In this document: piece by piece, positions 8,886 to 18,635 of the stretch
How the letters are laid out: every line of letters starts with the position of its first letter
How positions within the stretch are numbered: position 1 is the stretch's first letter
Source: a bacterium
GTDB lineage: Bacteria; Sysuimicrobiota; Sysuimicrobiia; Sysuimicrobiales; Kaftiobacteriaceae
Assembly (NCBI GenBank): GCA_036393975.1
Contig: DASWFZ010000098.1
Location: 1-61,602, forward strand
Direction of reading: 5' to 3'
Length of the DNA stretch: 61,602 nt
Made by a program: the position numbers and the translations under genes
Notes under the pieces: model-generated
Database searches by the model: none
What the model was told of the DNA's origin: nothing
What the model saw: only the letters and a program-made list of their open reading frames with translations

Positions 8886-9698
8886 ATGCTGGATGGTAAT
8901 CCATGCTCCACTGTGGGTCGGAGACCTAGGGTGCCCTCGAAGGACGCAACCATCTTCACGCCCCTTGATCCCACGAAGCCGATTCATGAGCAAATCCGTC
9001 TGGCGATCGCGAGAAGCATTGAATCCGGAGCATTGAAGCCTGGCGACAAGCTGCCTTCGGAGGCTGAGCTCCAGCGTGCCTACAAGGTCTCAAGGACCCC
9101 TGTCCGCCAAGCCCTTACGGCCCTCGAGGCAGCCGACCTAATTTACAGCGCTCAGGGCCGGGGGTCGTTCGTCAGGCGCCCGATGATTGTTGGGAGGTTC
9201 GGCGCTCTGATCAGCTTCGGAGATGAGCTCAGGGATGAAGGTCACGCGGTTGAAGCCAAGACGCTCTCGGTGAACATGACTACGGCCGACGAAGCCGTCG
9301 CTCCTGCGCTCGACTTGGCCTTCGGAGAAGCTGTCATTGCGCTGCGACGCCTTTTCCTTGTTGATGGGGAGCCTATGGCGCTTTTCGATCACCGTATTCG
9401 GCCCGTCATCTCGCTTCAGGTTCTAGAGCGCGGAGGCGATTTCTTGTCCCTAAATAGCCTCCTCAGCCAGCAAGGGTTTGCGCCGGCTGAAGCCATGCAA
9501 ACCATCGGGGCGACCAGCGTGACGACGGAGGAAGCGGGCCTCTTGGGTGTTGACGAAGGCACGCCTAGCCTCCTCGTCAAGCAGACTTCGTTCACTGCCG
9601 CCGGGATGCCGGTGTCATATGCTCAATTCCTGGTGCGGGCGGACCGCTACGAGTACCGAGTCCATCTGGGGAGGCGGGCCCCGCTGGCGGCGGAATAG
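8886..9698 (+). CDS. GntR-family transcriptional regulator, HutC subfamily (UTRA effector domain)
   Basis: Winged-HTH sequence IHEQIRLAIARSIESGALKPGDKLPSEAELQRAYKVSRTPVRQALTALEAADLIYSAQGRGSFV followed by a ~170-aa C-terminal domain. An alternative GTG start at 8931 is possible. Confidence 0.85.
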   Translation: MLDGNPCSTVGRRPRVPSKDATIFTPLDPTKPIHEQIRLAIARSIESGALKPGDKLPSEAELQRAYKVSRTPVRQALTALEAADLIYSAQGRGSFVRRPMIVGRFGALISFGDELRDEGHAVEAKTLSVNMTTADEAVAPALDLAFGEAVIALRRLFLVDGEPMALFDHRIRPVISLQVLERGGDFLSLNSLLSQQGFAPAEAMQTIGATSVTTEEAGLLGVDEGTPSLLVKQTSFTAAGMPVSYAQFLVRADRYEYRVHLGRRAPLAAE

Positions 9699-9777
9699 CG
9701 CGCTCGAATTGAATCAGGCCAGATCGTGGCGGACCCTTGTAACGCAGCGGGTGCGACCGTGAGGACGGGAGACTGAG

Positions 9778-11253
9778 ATGGCAGAGACTGGACTCTTTGC
9801 TTCCATCCAGCGCGCTGACGCGCGTCTCGACAAATACGGCATTCCTCTCGAAAAGAACCTACTTGTTCCCTTGAACCTCTTTGACAAGGCGCACTGCGTC
9901 ATGCTCTACGAGCAGAACATCGTCTCGAAGGAGGCCGCCGCCGCCATATTGAGGTCCCTCAAGAAGGTTGATGAACGAGGCGTGGAGGGGTTCCCCTGGG
10001 GCAAAGGCGACCTGTGGCCGCAGAAGGAACGCTTTGTCATCGACGACATAGGTGAAGATACTGGGGGGCGCCTCCATACCGGACGAAGCCGACAGGATGT
10101 GGGCGTCACCGTGAACCGCCTGTACCTAAGAACCAGAGTGCTGGACATGGCGGAGCTCCTCAACGACTTCAGGGATGTGCTCCTGGATCAGGCGAGCCAG
10201 CACGTCGAAACGGTCATGCCCTGTTACACCTGGATGCAGCACGCGCAGACGACCACCTTCGCTCATTACCTCCTAGGGTGTGCCTTTGCGATGGAGCGGA
10301 ATTTCCAGAGGATTGCGCGCGCGTACGGGTTGACGAACATGAGCCCGGCGGGAGCTGCCCTTCAAACCGGGACCTCCCATCCAATCGACAGGCAGCGGGT
10401 GGCAGATCTCTTGGGTTTCGACGGCGTGATCCGGAACACGCGCGACGCGGCGATGAACTATGACTACCTGGGCGAGATCATGGTTGCCGCCTCGTTCACA
10501 GTAGGGGATCTGGTGCGTCTGATCGAGGATTTTGCGGTGTGGCACTCTGCGGAGTTCGACATGATCTCTCTCGACGACGCCTGGTGCGGTACCAGCTCGA
10601 TCATGCCGCAGAAGCGAAACCCCACTCCTCTAATGCTCGTCCGAGGCAAGGCTTCCCGGGTTTTCGCTCGCGCCAACCAGGCTTTCAGCACTATGGAGGG
10701 CCCCTGCTTTGGACCCCCTGGACCGTTCTTCCTCCGAAGTGATACCAACGATGTCATCGAGGAGTTCCTCGGCATCTTCACGATGGCGGCGGGGTTCGTG
10801 TCCACGCTCCGAGTCAAGGCGGAGGTAATGCGGAAACGGGCGGGCGTCCATTGGGCGCAGGCCACCGACCTGGCGGACACGATTGTCAAGGACAAGGGTC
10901 TCTCATTCAGGAGCGCGCATCACGTCGTTGCGGAAGTCGTATCAATGGCGGAGGCGGCCGGCAAACATCCGGTGGATGTCGACTCCGAAATGATCGACCA
11001 AGCAGCAGTGAAGGTCCTCAAGAGACGGCTCGGGTTGAGCGAGGACGCGATCAAGAATGCACTCGATCCATCCCGGAGCGTGAGAATCCGAACCGTCTAC
11101 GGAGGCACGTCGCCCGACGATGTCGGCGGTCAGATCGAAGAGGCGCACCGGCAACTGACCGCGGATGCAAAACAGACCGAGGCATGGAAGGGCAGACTCG
11201 CACAGGCGCAGAGGGACCTCGATGAGACCGTCAAGAGAGTGTTAGGCGCATAG
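9778..11253 (+). CDS. Argininosuccinate lyase-like enzyme (fumarate-lyase superfamily)
   Basis: Superfamily signature GTSSIMPQKRNP and LHTGRSRQDV. The N-terminus resembles ArgH. The context is not an arginine operon, so the substrate is uncertain. Confidence 0.75.
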   Translation: MAETGLFASIQRADARLDKYGIPLEKNLLVPLNLFDKAHCVMLYEQNIVSKEAAAAILRSLKKVDERGVEGFPWGKGDLWPQKERFVIDDIGEDTGGRLHTGRSRQDVGVTVNRLYLRTRVLDMAELLNDFRDVLLDQASQHVETVMPCYTWMQHAQTTTFAHYLLGCAFAMERNFQRIARAYGLTNMSPAGAALQTGTSHPIDRQRVADLLGFDGVIRNTRDAAMNYDYLGEIMVAASFTVGDLVRLIEDFAVWHSAEFDMISLDDAWCGTSSIMPQKRNPTPLMLVRGKASRVFARANQAFSTMEGPCFGPPGPFFLRSDTNDVIEEFLGIFTMAAGFVSTLRVKAEVMRKRAGVHWAQATDLADTIVKDKGLSFRSAHHVVAEVVSMAEAAGKHPVDVDSEMIDQAAVKVLKRRLGLSEDAIKNALDPSRSVRIRTVYGGTSPDDVGGQIEEAHRQLTADAKQTEAWKGRLAQAQRDLDETVKRVLGA

Positions 11254-11305
11254 TGGAAGTGCAGTCAGGTCGCTGACCTCGTAGTCAGCGAGGAGGAGCG
11301 TGGGG

Positions 11306-11989
11306 ATGAGAATCGTTGATCTAAGCCATGAAGTCTACAATGGAATGCAGCAAATATTCGCTGGCCCAATCCCGAGCATTTTCGATAACAACGTCAGGAT
11401 ATTCGAGAATTTTCAGGCCGTGAGCGATGCCTGCGTACTGCAGAATCACCTGGGTACCCACATCGACGCGCCGCGCCACTACAACCCCAAGGGGGGGAGG
11501 GCCGTCCACGAGGTCCCGCTCGAACAGCTCATCACTGAGACAGTTGTGCTCGACCTTACTGCAAAGCCCGGCCGTTCGGCGATCACCGCCGACGACCTCG
11601 ACCGGGCCCTTCGGAAGACCGGCGAGACGATTCATGAAGGCGACGGCGTGATTATCCACGTCGGGGGCGGTGCGAAGTACCGCACTTGGCAGGGCCAGAA
11701 CTGGCGCGATTCTGAATACGCGAATACCCCGTACTTGAGTGAAGATGCCGTGCAGTGGCTCCTCGCCAGAAAGATCAGCATCCTCGGCATCGACGCCTTG
11801 GCACCCGATTGGGAGGAGGGCTATCGTCCCGCCCATCAGATCCTACTGCGGGACAACAACATCCCCATTATCGAGAATCTTTGCAACCTCGACCAACTCT
11901 CCCGGCCGCGCATCACCTTCATCGCTCTCCCACCCAAGGTCGTAGGAGCCAGTGGGTTCCTCGTTCGGGCGGTCGCTATTGAGAAATGA
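11306..11989 (+). CDS. Cyclase-family protein (kynurenine formamidase/arylformamidase-like)
   Basis: HLGTHIDAPRH matches the HxGTHxDxPxH motif. The ATG at 11306 lies 8 nt after AGGAGGAG. The ORF-track GTG at 11300 is too close to that RBS. Confidence 0.75.
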   Translation: MRIVDLSHEVYNGMQQIFAGPIPSIFDNNVRIFENFQAVSDACVLQNHLGTHIDAPRHYNPKGGRAVHEVPLEQLITETVVLDLTAKPGRSAITADDLDRALRKTGETIHEGDGVIIHVGGGAKYRTWQGQNWRDSEYANTPYLSEDAVQWLLARKISILGIDALAPDWEEGYRPAHQILLRDNNIPIIENLCNLDQLSRPRITFIALPPKVVGASGFLVRAVAIEK

Positions 11990-12080
11990 AGGCACGACGT
12001 AACGCAAGCGCAGGAGCGCTTCGAGGGGGAAGCTTACGAAAATCGTCGGAACCCAACGATGTCTTCGGGGAGGAGTGACA

Positions 12081-13685
12081 ATGTGGAGAGATAGGAAATT
12101 ATCGCGATGGACCGCCGTTTCGTGTGCCGCAACTCTCATAGCGCTGACCGCGCTCTATGCCTTACCAGCCCAACCTGGGCCCAGTCGACCAGTTCTAAGG
12201 TTGGCCCCGGAGGCAGGACTATCGGGGCTGGATCCGCAAAGCGGCAAAGCGATCATCGACATCATCGTCGCAAGTCAAATCTACGACACCTTGGCCGGTC
12301 AGGACAGCGCCGGAAGGCGCATCCCTGCGCTGGCCACCGGCTGGAAGAGCGTGGATCCCACGACTTGGGAGCTGACCCTCCGAAAGGGCGTCACCTTTCA
12401 CGATGGGACGCCGTTCGACGCTGCCGCAGTCAAATTCAACATCGACCGCGCCGTTGACCCCACGCGGGCCGGACGATCTATGTTGTTCCAGCCATACATC
12501 GAGGGGGCGGAGGTCGTCGACAACTATACGGTGAGTATCAAGACACGTGGCCAGATCCCTTACCTCCCTTACATCCTGGGGTATGGGTTCCTCGGGATTG
12601 TGAGCCCGAAGGCGGCGAGTGGCACCGGGGTCGACTTGGCGAGAAATCCTGTCGGCACGGGACCGTTCAAATTCACCAAGTGGGTGGAGAGAGAGTACGT
12701 CGAGATGGTCGCCAACGACGGCTACTGGGGTGGACAGCCCAAGATCGCCGGCATTACCTGGAAGCTCATTCCATCTGAAAGTGCCAGGGTGCTCGCCCTC
12801 CAGTCTGGAGAGGTGGACGCCATCGCCAACCCTCTGTCCGAGTTGATACCACAGCTGGTGAACACCGGAAGGTTTCGGCTGATCAAGTCTGAGGCCAATG
12901 CTGTCGTCGGCATCTGGCTCAACCCCGAAGTGAAGGCCCTGAGCGACGTTCGTGTGCGCAGGGCCATCCATCACGCGATCAACCAGCAGGCCATTCTCGA
13001 GAACATCATTAGGGGCGTTGCACGGCCAGCTTACCAAATTCTGGGGCCGTCGGTCTTTGGCATGTTTGCTGAAGCCCAGATTCCCAAGGGAGGCTTCTAT
13101 CCCTACGACCCCAACAAAAGCAAGCAACTGCTGGCCGAGGCGGGTTGGAAGGATTCGGATGGCGACGGGCTGGTTCACCAGGGTGGTCAGAAACTGACAG
13201 TCACGGTGCAGACTCCAGACGGTCGATACCTGAAGGACCGACAAATCGCGGAGGCTACCACGGCCTACCTGCGGGCGGTCGGGATAGACGCCAACCTGCG
13301 GGTCGTAGAATTCCCCACGCACTCCACAGCCGTCACACAGCACCGCGTGGAGATCTTCGTCCTAAGCTGGGGCTTTCCAACAGGATATCCTGAGCCCGGC
13401 TTCTACTCCGTCTTCCACAGCTCAAAGGACGGCGGTCCAGCGGTCTGGGCGCAGTGGAAGAACTCGGAGGCCGACGCCATGATGGATCAGGCGCTGGTCG
13501 AACCGAGCGCGAGCCTGCGGCAGGAGCTTTACCGAAGGGTGATGCGCCTAGCGATGGACCAGGCGATTATCAAGCCGCTCTACTGGAAGCCGATCCTTTG
13601 GCTTGCCTCGACATCGGTGAACAACCTCAACTTCATGACGACCGAAGAACCGGTCAAGCTGGTCAACACGGAGGTGAAGAAGTGA
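12081..13685 (+). CDS. ABC transporter substrate-binding protein, family 5 (peptide/nickel/opine type)
   Basis: Signal-anchor WTAVSCAATLIALTALYALPAQP. Length and sequence are typical of DppA/OppA-like SBPs. ATG at 12081 follows AGGAG; the ORF-track GTG is at 12075. Confidence 0.8.
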   Translation: MWRDRKLSRWTAVSCAATLIALTALYALPAQPGPSRPVLRLAPEAGLSGLDPQSGKAIIDIIVASQIYDTLAGQDSAGRRIPALATGWKSVDPTTWELTLRKGVTFHDGTPFDAAAVKFNIDRAVDPTRAGRSMLFQPYIEGAEVVDNYTVSIKTRGQIPYLPYILGYGFLGIVSPKAASGTGVDLARNPVGTGPFKFTKWVEREYVEMVANDGYWGGQPKIAGITWKLIPSESARVLALQSGEVDAIANPLSELIPQLVNTGRFRLIKSEANAVVGIWLNPEVKALSDVRVRRAIHHAINQQAILENIIRGVARPAYQILGPSVFGMFAEAQIPKGGFYPYDPNKSKQLLAEAGWKDSDGDGLVHQGGQKLTVTVQTPDGRYLKDRQIAEATTAYLRAVGIDANLRVVEFPTHSTAVTQHRVEIFVLSWGFPTGYPEPGFYSVFHSSKDGGPAVWAQWKNSEADAMMDQALVEPSASLRQELYRRVMRLAMDQAIIKPLYWKPILWLASTSVNNLNFMTTEEPVKLVNTEVKK

Positions 13686-13840
13686 AAGAGCCACGGGCGG
13701 CCGCTCGGCGGAATGGCATGCCCGGTTAACATAAACTAGTGGGTGGCGACTCATTGTGCCAGGGCACCGCGGCGGCAGGAACCGCGTCGATCCGGCACGC
13801 CGATTGACGAGAGGTTTTCGAGAAGGACGGATGTTCACCT

Positions 13841-14770
13841 ATGGCGCCTCTCCTGAGGTTCGTCGCAGGCAAGATCCTCACGCCGCTAGCCCTGCTTCTT
13901 CCGATCTCGCTCTTCGTTGTCATCGCTTTCAGCTTTGTCCCGGGCGACCCGGCGCAGCAGCTCCTAGGGCATAGTTGGACACCAGAAGCTGGAAAGGCCC
14001 TACGAGAACGTCTGGGTCTCAACGATCCCATCCTCGTCCAGTATGCTCGTTTCCTATGGAACGCGGCCCATGGGGACCTCGGCAAGTCCTACATGACCAG
14101 CCTGCCGGTGGTGCAAGCGGTCAGCAGCGCGCTCAGCAACTCCCTTCAACTTGCGGGGACGGCGCTGGTAATTACAGTCGCATGCGGACTGTCCTTGGGG
14201 ACCCTGGCGGCATTACGCAAGAACTCTTGGCTCGATCTCTTGAGCCGGGTAATCACGATTAGTTTCTCTTCGGTACCCGTATTTGTAGTCGGCATCGTGC
14301 TGATATACATCTTCGCAGCACGCCTGCACATCTTGCCCAGTGGAGGAAGAGGAGAACTAAAGCATCTGCTGCTACCCGCCTTCGCGCTGTCCTTCTTCTC
14401 TATGGCCGGGTTCATCAGGATGACCCGAGCGACGGTTCTGGAAGTGCTCCGTCAAGACTACATCAAAGCGGCGCGCTCGCGCGGCATCTCCTCCCGGAAG
14501 ATCATTCTGCGATACGTTCTGCGAAACGCCGCGATCCCCTTGATTACCCTCGGGGGGCTGTACGCGGGGGCCATGATCGGAACAGCCGTTGTGACGGAGT
14601 ACATCTTTGCTTGGCCGGGGTTGGGAACGCTCACGATCACGGCGATACAGTCGAGAGATATTCCCACGATTCAGGGAGGCATCTTGGCAACGGCCGGCAC
14701 GTACATCATGCTCAACGGCGTCCTCGATCTTCTCTACGGAGTGATCGACCCTCGGACTCGCGCGGGGTGA
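13841..14770 (+). CDS. ABC transporter permease (DppB/OppB-like)
   Basis: N-terminus MAPLLRFVAGKILTPLALLLPISLFVVIAFSFVPGDPAQQLLG is typical of DppB-type permeases. Six predicted TM helices. Confidence 0.85.
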   Translation: MAPLLRFVAGKILTPLALLLPISLFVVIAFSFVPGDPAQQLLGHSWTPEAGKALRERLGLNDPILVQYARFLWNAAHGDLGKSYMTSLPVVQAVSSALSNSLQLAGTALVITVACGLSLGTLAALRKNSWLDLLSRVITISFSSVPVFVVGIVLIYIFAARLHILPSGGRGELKHLLLPAFALSFFSMAGFIRMTRATVLEVLRQDYIKAARSRGISSRKIILRYVLRNAAIPLITLGGLYAGAMIGTAVVTEYIFAWPGLGTLTITAIQSRDIPTIQGGILATAGTYIMLNGVLDLLYGVIDPRTRAG

Positions 14771-14786
14771 CCGGCGGGAATTCGAC

Positions 14787-15620
14787 ATGGTATCCATCGC
14801 GCTCACACCGATCCGCACACGCAAGATCACAACCATTGCTCTCTCGATGTTGACCGTCATCGCCCTGCTGGCGGTGTTGGCCCCGATTCTTCCGCTAGCG
14901 CGACCGACGGAGCAGAACCTCTCCGAATATCTCCTTCCGCCTAGTCGGCACCATTGGTTCGGTACAGACGATCTGGGTCGCGACATATTTAGCCGGACCG
15001 TATGGGGAGCCCGACTCTCCCTGATCGCCGGGACGGTCCCAGTACTCCTGGCGCTGGCGGTAGGTCTGATTCTGGGTCTGCTGGCCGCGTACTATGGGGG
15101 AGTCCTTGAGCAAGTGATCATGCGCCTGACTGACTTCTTGCTCTCCATTCCATACTTCTTGATCGCGCTAATCGTCGTCTCGGTGCTCGGTCCGGGGCTG
15201 GTCAACGCGATGGTCGCCATCGCCATTGGACTGCTCCCGTCGTTCATGCGGCTCTCCCGCGCCTCGGCCCTTGTTGCCCGTGGCGCGCCGTATGTGTTGG
15301 CGGCTCACAGTATGGGCATGGTCGCCGGCCGCATCATGTTCATCCACATTCTGCCCAACATCGTCTCGCCGCTGGTAGTATTTTCGGCGATCAAAGTCGG
15401 CGAGTCCATCCTTGCCGCCGCTGCGCTGAGCTTTCTAGGTCTGGGGGCGCAGCCCCCGACACCCGAATGGGGGCTGATGCTGACTAACGCCAGGGAGCTC
15501 GTCCTCTCGGCGCCCCATGCGGTCATCTTCCCGAGCATCGCCCTGTCGGCTACGGTGCTGGCTTTCAACCTGCTTGCCGACGAGCTGAGAGATCAGCTGG
15601 ATCCTCGGTATCGGTACTGA
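14787..15620 (+). CDS. ABC transporter permease (DppC/OppC-like)
   Basis: HWFGTDDLGRDIFSR motif typical of DppC/OppC. Multi-pass membrane protein. Confidence 0.85.
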   Translation: MVSIALTPIRTRKITTIALSMLTVIALLAVLAPILPLARPTEQNLSEYLLPPSRHHWFGTDDLGRDIFSRTVWGARLSLIAGTVPVLLALAVGLILGLLAAYYGGVLEQVIMRLTDFLLSIPYFLIALIVVSVLGPGLVNAMVAIAIGLLPSFMRLSRASALVARGAPYVLAAHSMGMVAGRIMFIHILPNIVSPLVVFSAIKVGESILAAAALSFLGLGAQPPTPEWGLMLTNARELVLSAPHAVIFPSIALSATVLAFNLLADELRDQLDPRYRY

Positions 15621-15634
15621 GAGGACGGGACAGC

Positions 15635-16606
15635 GTGAGCCTCCGCATCCGACGCCTTACCGTCCAGTTCCTCCTCGGGAGCCAGATCGTGCGAGCGGTC
15701 GACGGGGTCGATCTGGACATCCAGCCCGGCCGCGTGCTGGGGATCGTCGGTGAATCGGGCTCCGGGAAGTCGACCCTGGCCCTGTCCATGCTCCGATTGA
15801 TCGACCCCCCGGGACGGATTGTCGACGGTGAGATTCTCTTCGAAGGAGTGAACTTGCTCACAATCGCTGAGGCTGAGATTCAGGCGATAAGAGGCCGCAG
15901 AATCGGGCTCGTCCTGCAGAACCCTGCCACCGCGCTCAATCCGATAATGACCGTCGGCGACCACATCGTAGAGACGATCCAGGAGCGGTTGGGACTCGAC
16001 CGGCGAGAGTCTCGAACTCAGGCCATCGAGATGCTGAGAATCGTATACCTAGCCGACCAGGAGGATCTATTGGGGAAATACCCACACCAGCTCAGCGGAG
16101 GGATGAAGCAGCGGGTGATGATTGCCCTGGCCATGGTGGGAGAACCAGCGGTGCTGATCGCAGATGAGCCCACGAGCGCTCTGGACGTGGCGACACAAGC
16201 CCAGATCCTGCGGCTGCTTCGGGAGCTGAACGAGAAGCACAACACCACAGTCATCCTGATCACGCACAACCTGGGCGCCGCCGCCGACATCTGCGACGAC
16301 GTCGCCGTCATGTACGCAGGGCGCGTCGTGGAGATGGCCGATGTCTTCTCGCTGTTCGACCATCCCGACCATCCTTACACACAGGGGCTACTCCGGGCGG
16401 TACCCAAGATCAACGACCCGACCTTCCCCAGCGGAATCCCAGGTGACTACACACTTCAGTCCCGGCCCAGTCGTGGGTGTGTGTTCTCACCTAGATGTGC
16501 ATTCGCGATGGAGATCTGCAGAGAAAAGGACCCGCCGGGTTTTGTGACGGCATCCTCGAGGAAGGTTTACTGTTTCCTTTTTGGCGAGGGGACGCGCGAT
16601 GGATGA
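15635..16606 (+). CDS. ABC transporter ATP-binding protein (DppD/OppD-like)
   Basis: Walker A GESGSGKST, signature LSGGMKQR, Walker B VLIADEPTSALD, and a C-terminal oligopeptide-type extension (HPYTQGLL). Confidence 0.9.
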   Translation: MSLRIRRLTVQFLLGSQIVRAVDGVDLDIQPGRVLGIVGESGSGKSTLALSMLRLIDPPGRIVDGEILFEGVNLLTIAEAEIQAIRGRRIGLVLQNPATALNPIMTVGDHIVETIQERLGLDRRESRTQAIEMLRIVYLADQEDLLGKYPHQLSGGMKQRVMIALAMVGEPAVLIADEPTSALDVATQAQILRLLRELNEKHNTTVILITHNLGAAADICDDVAVMYAGRVVEMADVFSLFDHPDHPYTQGLLRAVPKINDPTFPSGIPGDYTLQSRPSRGCVFSPRCAFAMEICREKDPPGFVTASSRKVYCFLFGEGTRDG

Positions 16607-17579
16607 GATCCTCCTCCGCGTGGAGGGTCTGACGAAGCATTTCCCCGTGGGAGGCTCGTTCCTCTCGCCTGGTCGCTCCCACACCGCGGCCGTGGACAAT
16701 GTCAGCTTCGAGGTGAGCCGCCGATCGACGCTCGGGCTCGTCGGCGAATCAGGCTCTGGAAAGTCAACGCTGGGGCTGTTGATCCTCCGATTGATGAAAC
16801 CAACAGCCGGCAGAGTTTGCTTCAGTGATCAGGACATCTTTGCACTGGACCGGCGAGCGATGCTTCGTCTGCGGCCTTCAATGCAGATGATCTTTCAGGA
16901 TCCCGACTCGTCACTGAACCCTCGCAAAACCATAGGCTGGACGCTATCTGAGCCTCTAATCGTCCACCGGATGTTCAAAGGGAAGGCTGTGATGAGGCGG
17001 ATCCTGGAGGCGCTGGAGCAGGTAGGGTTGGGGGGCGAGTATCTTGGCCGCTTCCCCCACGAACTGAGTGGGGGGCAGCGGCAGAGGGTGGCCATCGCCC
17101 GGGCGCTCGTGATGAAACCGGAATTCATCGTGTTCGACGAGCCGACATCAGCGCTGGACGTCTCCGTACAAGCGAAGGTCCTCGAGCTTATTCGGGGGGT
17201 CAAGGCCGAAATGGACCTGACGTGCATCTTCATTTCGCACGACCTGAGTGTCGTCAGGCACCTCTGTGACGAGATCGCTGTGATGTATCTCGGTCGTATT
17301 GTGGAGAAGGCGCCGACAGAAGCGCTCTTCGCGTCGCCTCGTCATCCCTATACTCAGGCCCTGCTATCATCGATTCCGAGCGCCGACCCTCACAAACGGA
17401 ATTTGGCCAAGAATGCAGCCATGATCGGGGAGCCCCCAAGTCGTCTCCACAGGCCTCCGGGGTGCGCCTTTCATCCTCGCTGTCCCTATGCCATGGATCA
17501 CTGCCGAGTCGTGGAGCCGCAATTGCACCTGGTCTCCGCAGGTCACGCCGCAGCCTGCCATCTCTATCCCGATTCTTGA
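16599..17579 (+). CDS. ABC transporter ATP-binding protein (DppF/OppF-like)
   Basis: Walker A GESGSGKST, LSGGQRQR, FIVFDEPTSALD, HPYTQALL. The ATG at 16599 overlaps the upstream stop (ATGGATGA). The ORF-track TTG is at 16581. Confidence 0.9.
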   Translation: MDEILLRVEGLTKHFPVGGSFLSPGRSHTAAVDNVSFEVSRRSTLGLVGESGSGKSTLGLLILRLMKPTAGRVCFSDQDIFALDRRAMLRLRPSMQMIFQDPDSSLNPRKTIGWTLSEPLIVHRMFKGKAVMRRILEALEQVGLGGEYLGRFPHELSGGQRQRVAIARALVMKPEFIVFDEPTSALDVSVQAKVLELIRGVKAEMDLTCIFISHDLSVVRHLCDEIAVMYLGRIVEKAPTEALFASPRHPYTQALLSSIPSADPHKRNLAKNAAMIGEPPSRLHRPPGCAFHPRCPYAMDHCRVVEPQLHLVSAGHAAACHLYPDS

Positions 17580-17787
17580 TTAGTGGAATTGGTTCGTTCA
17601 AAACGGATCGTTTCAACTTTGATGTCCTTACGACCGCTCGACTAAGCCTCGCAGTCTTGTCTACCAGATGCCACCGAACCCGGCCAAACCAAGGACGCGT
17701 GCTCAGGCTGCCTACTAAGGGGTCGGAATCCCAACAGGACGCGGTTCAGCAACATCATCTGATCTCACGGGTACTCGTTGGAGAGTT

Positions 17788-17832
17788 CTCCTAAGCTCCT
17801 GGTCGGGGGTTCGATTCCCTCCGGGCCCGCCA
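17788..17832 (+). repeat. tRNA-Arg(CCU) 3'-half copy 1 (att-like direct repeat)
   Basis: CTCCTAAGCTCCTGGTCGGGGGTTCGATTCCCTCCGGGCCCGCCA differs from 7105-7149 at only two positions, in the anticodon-stem 3' strand. Weaker D-arm-like similarity (GTACTCGTTGGAGAG) extends about 20 nt upstream. There is no intact acceptor 5' strand. Confidence 0.85.
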
Positions 17833-17915
17833 ACCCGCATCAGGACTGCGTTTTCGCAATTTCGGCTCCTCCAGAATCCCTACAAAAAGCCCCTGCTCAC
17901 CCGCTCCGGGAGGCC

Positions 17916-18315
17916 ATGCAACCGTTAGTGCTGACGAAGCAGGTCGCGGGCTTCACGTCCACCACGCTGAAGGCGTACCGCGCTGGTGGCTGAATCAGCT
18001 TGCAGCCTCCACCAGCGAGCCCGCTGCTCTGACGGTGCGCAGCTTCTTTGCCAACCTCCAGTCGCGGGGACTGTCTGCGAGCCGACAGCACCAAGCCTAC
18101 CGCTCGCTCAAGACGTTCTTCCGCTGGTGCGTCTAGACCGAGACACTCCGCACCGACCCGCTGCGTAGCTTCTCCATGCGCACGCCGAAGACGCCGCCCC
18201 AGGTCCCTACCGACGACGAGCTGCGTGCCGTGCTCACCGCCTGTCTCGACACTCTCTGGCTGCGCGAAGGCATGGGGCTCGATGAAGTCCGTCGCTGTTG
18301 GGCTATGAGAGCCTG
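17916..18315 (+). pseudogene. Tyrosine recombinase (phage-type integrase) pseudogene; N-terminal SAM-like domain only
   Basis: GGGAGG RBS then ATG at 17916 (MQPLVLTKQVAGFTSTTLKAYRAG). A -1 frame change near 17984 leads to WWLNQLAASTSEPAALTVRSFFANLQSRGLSASRQHQAYRSLKTFFRWCV, then an in-frame TAG at 18134-18136, then TETLRTDPLRSFSMRTPKTPPQVPTDDELRAVLTAC. The sequence matches the integrase N-terminal/core-binding pattern. The catalytic domain is absent. Confidence 0.75.
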
Positions 18316-18635
18316 AACACGACGCTACTCGTCCCTCGTCGGCACGGACCTGCAGCGACCGCCCCGGAAGCGGTCGGCCATCGAGCGCTTGCGGCTGGAG
18401 TGATCGTCAGGTGAACGAGCCGGATGCGAAGTTCAGGAGGGAGGACGAGGTGTTCTTCGGCCCCGCGGGCCGGCGTAAAGCAAATCACATCCCGCTGCTT
18501 GCGCCTTGGGGACCTGCAGCGGCGTGACGAACGCTTCCCGGATCCGGACATTCGGCCCGGTAGCCAGGACGGCCAACAAGCATGGGCCTAATTTGGTCCC
18601 AAGCCTGCACCGGCCGGCACTTGTGCGTCTCACCC

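Larger units (their letters stand above)
7150..17832. mobile_element. Putative integrated island A (10.7 kb) between the intact tRNA-Arg and its first 3'-half copy; no integrase retained
   Basis: Bounded by direct repeats of the tRNA-Arg 3' half (7105-7149 and 17788-17832). The cargo is a self-contained GntR-regulated catabolic/transport unit. Confidence 0.45.

Noticed and set aside
8574-8993. A 139-aa minus-strand ORF in the amidohydrolase/gntR divergent spacer.
   Set aside because: It overlaps the gntR start and the promoter/operator region, has no RBS and has an implausible composition. The spacer is better explained as regulatory DNA.
12219-13343. A 374-aa minus-strand ORF across the family-5 SBP gene.
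   Set aside because: It is antisense to a gene with clear homology features. Its product is Arg/Pro/Gly/Val-rich with no motif. It is a typical shadow ORF of GC-rich DNA.
18316-18635. A search for the missing integrase catalytic domain (R..HxxR..Y) downstream of the pseudogene, on both strands.
   Set aside because: No frame gives the conserved HDLRHT or LGH...TT..Y blocks. The catalytic half appears to have been deleted.
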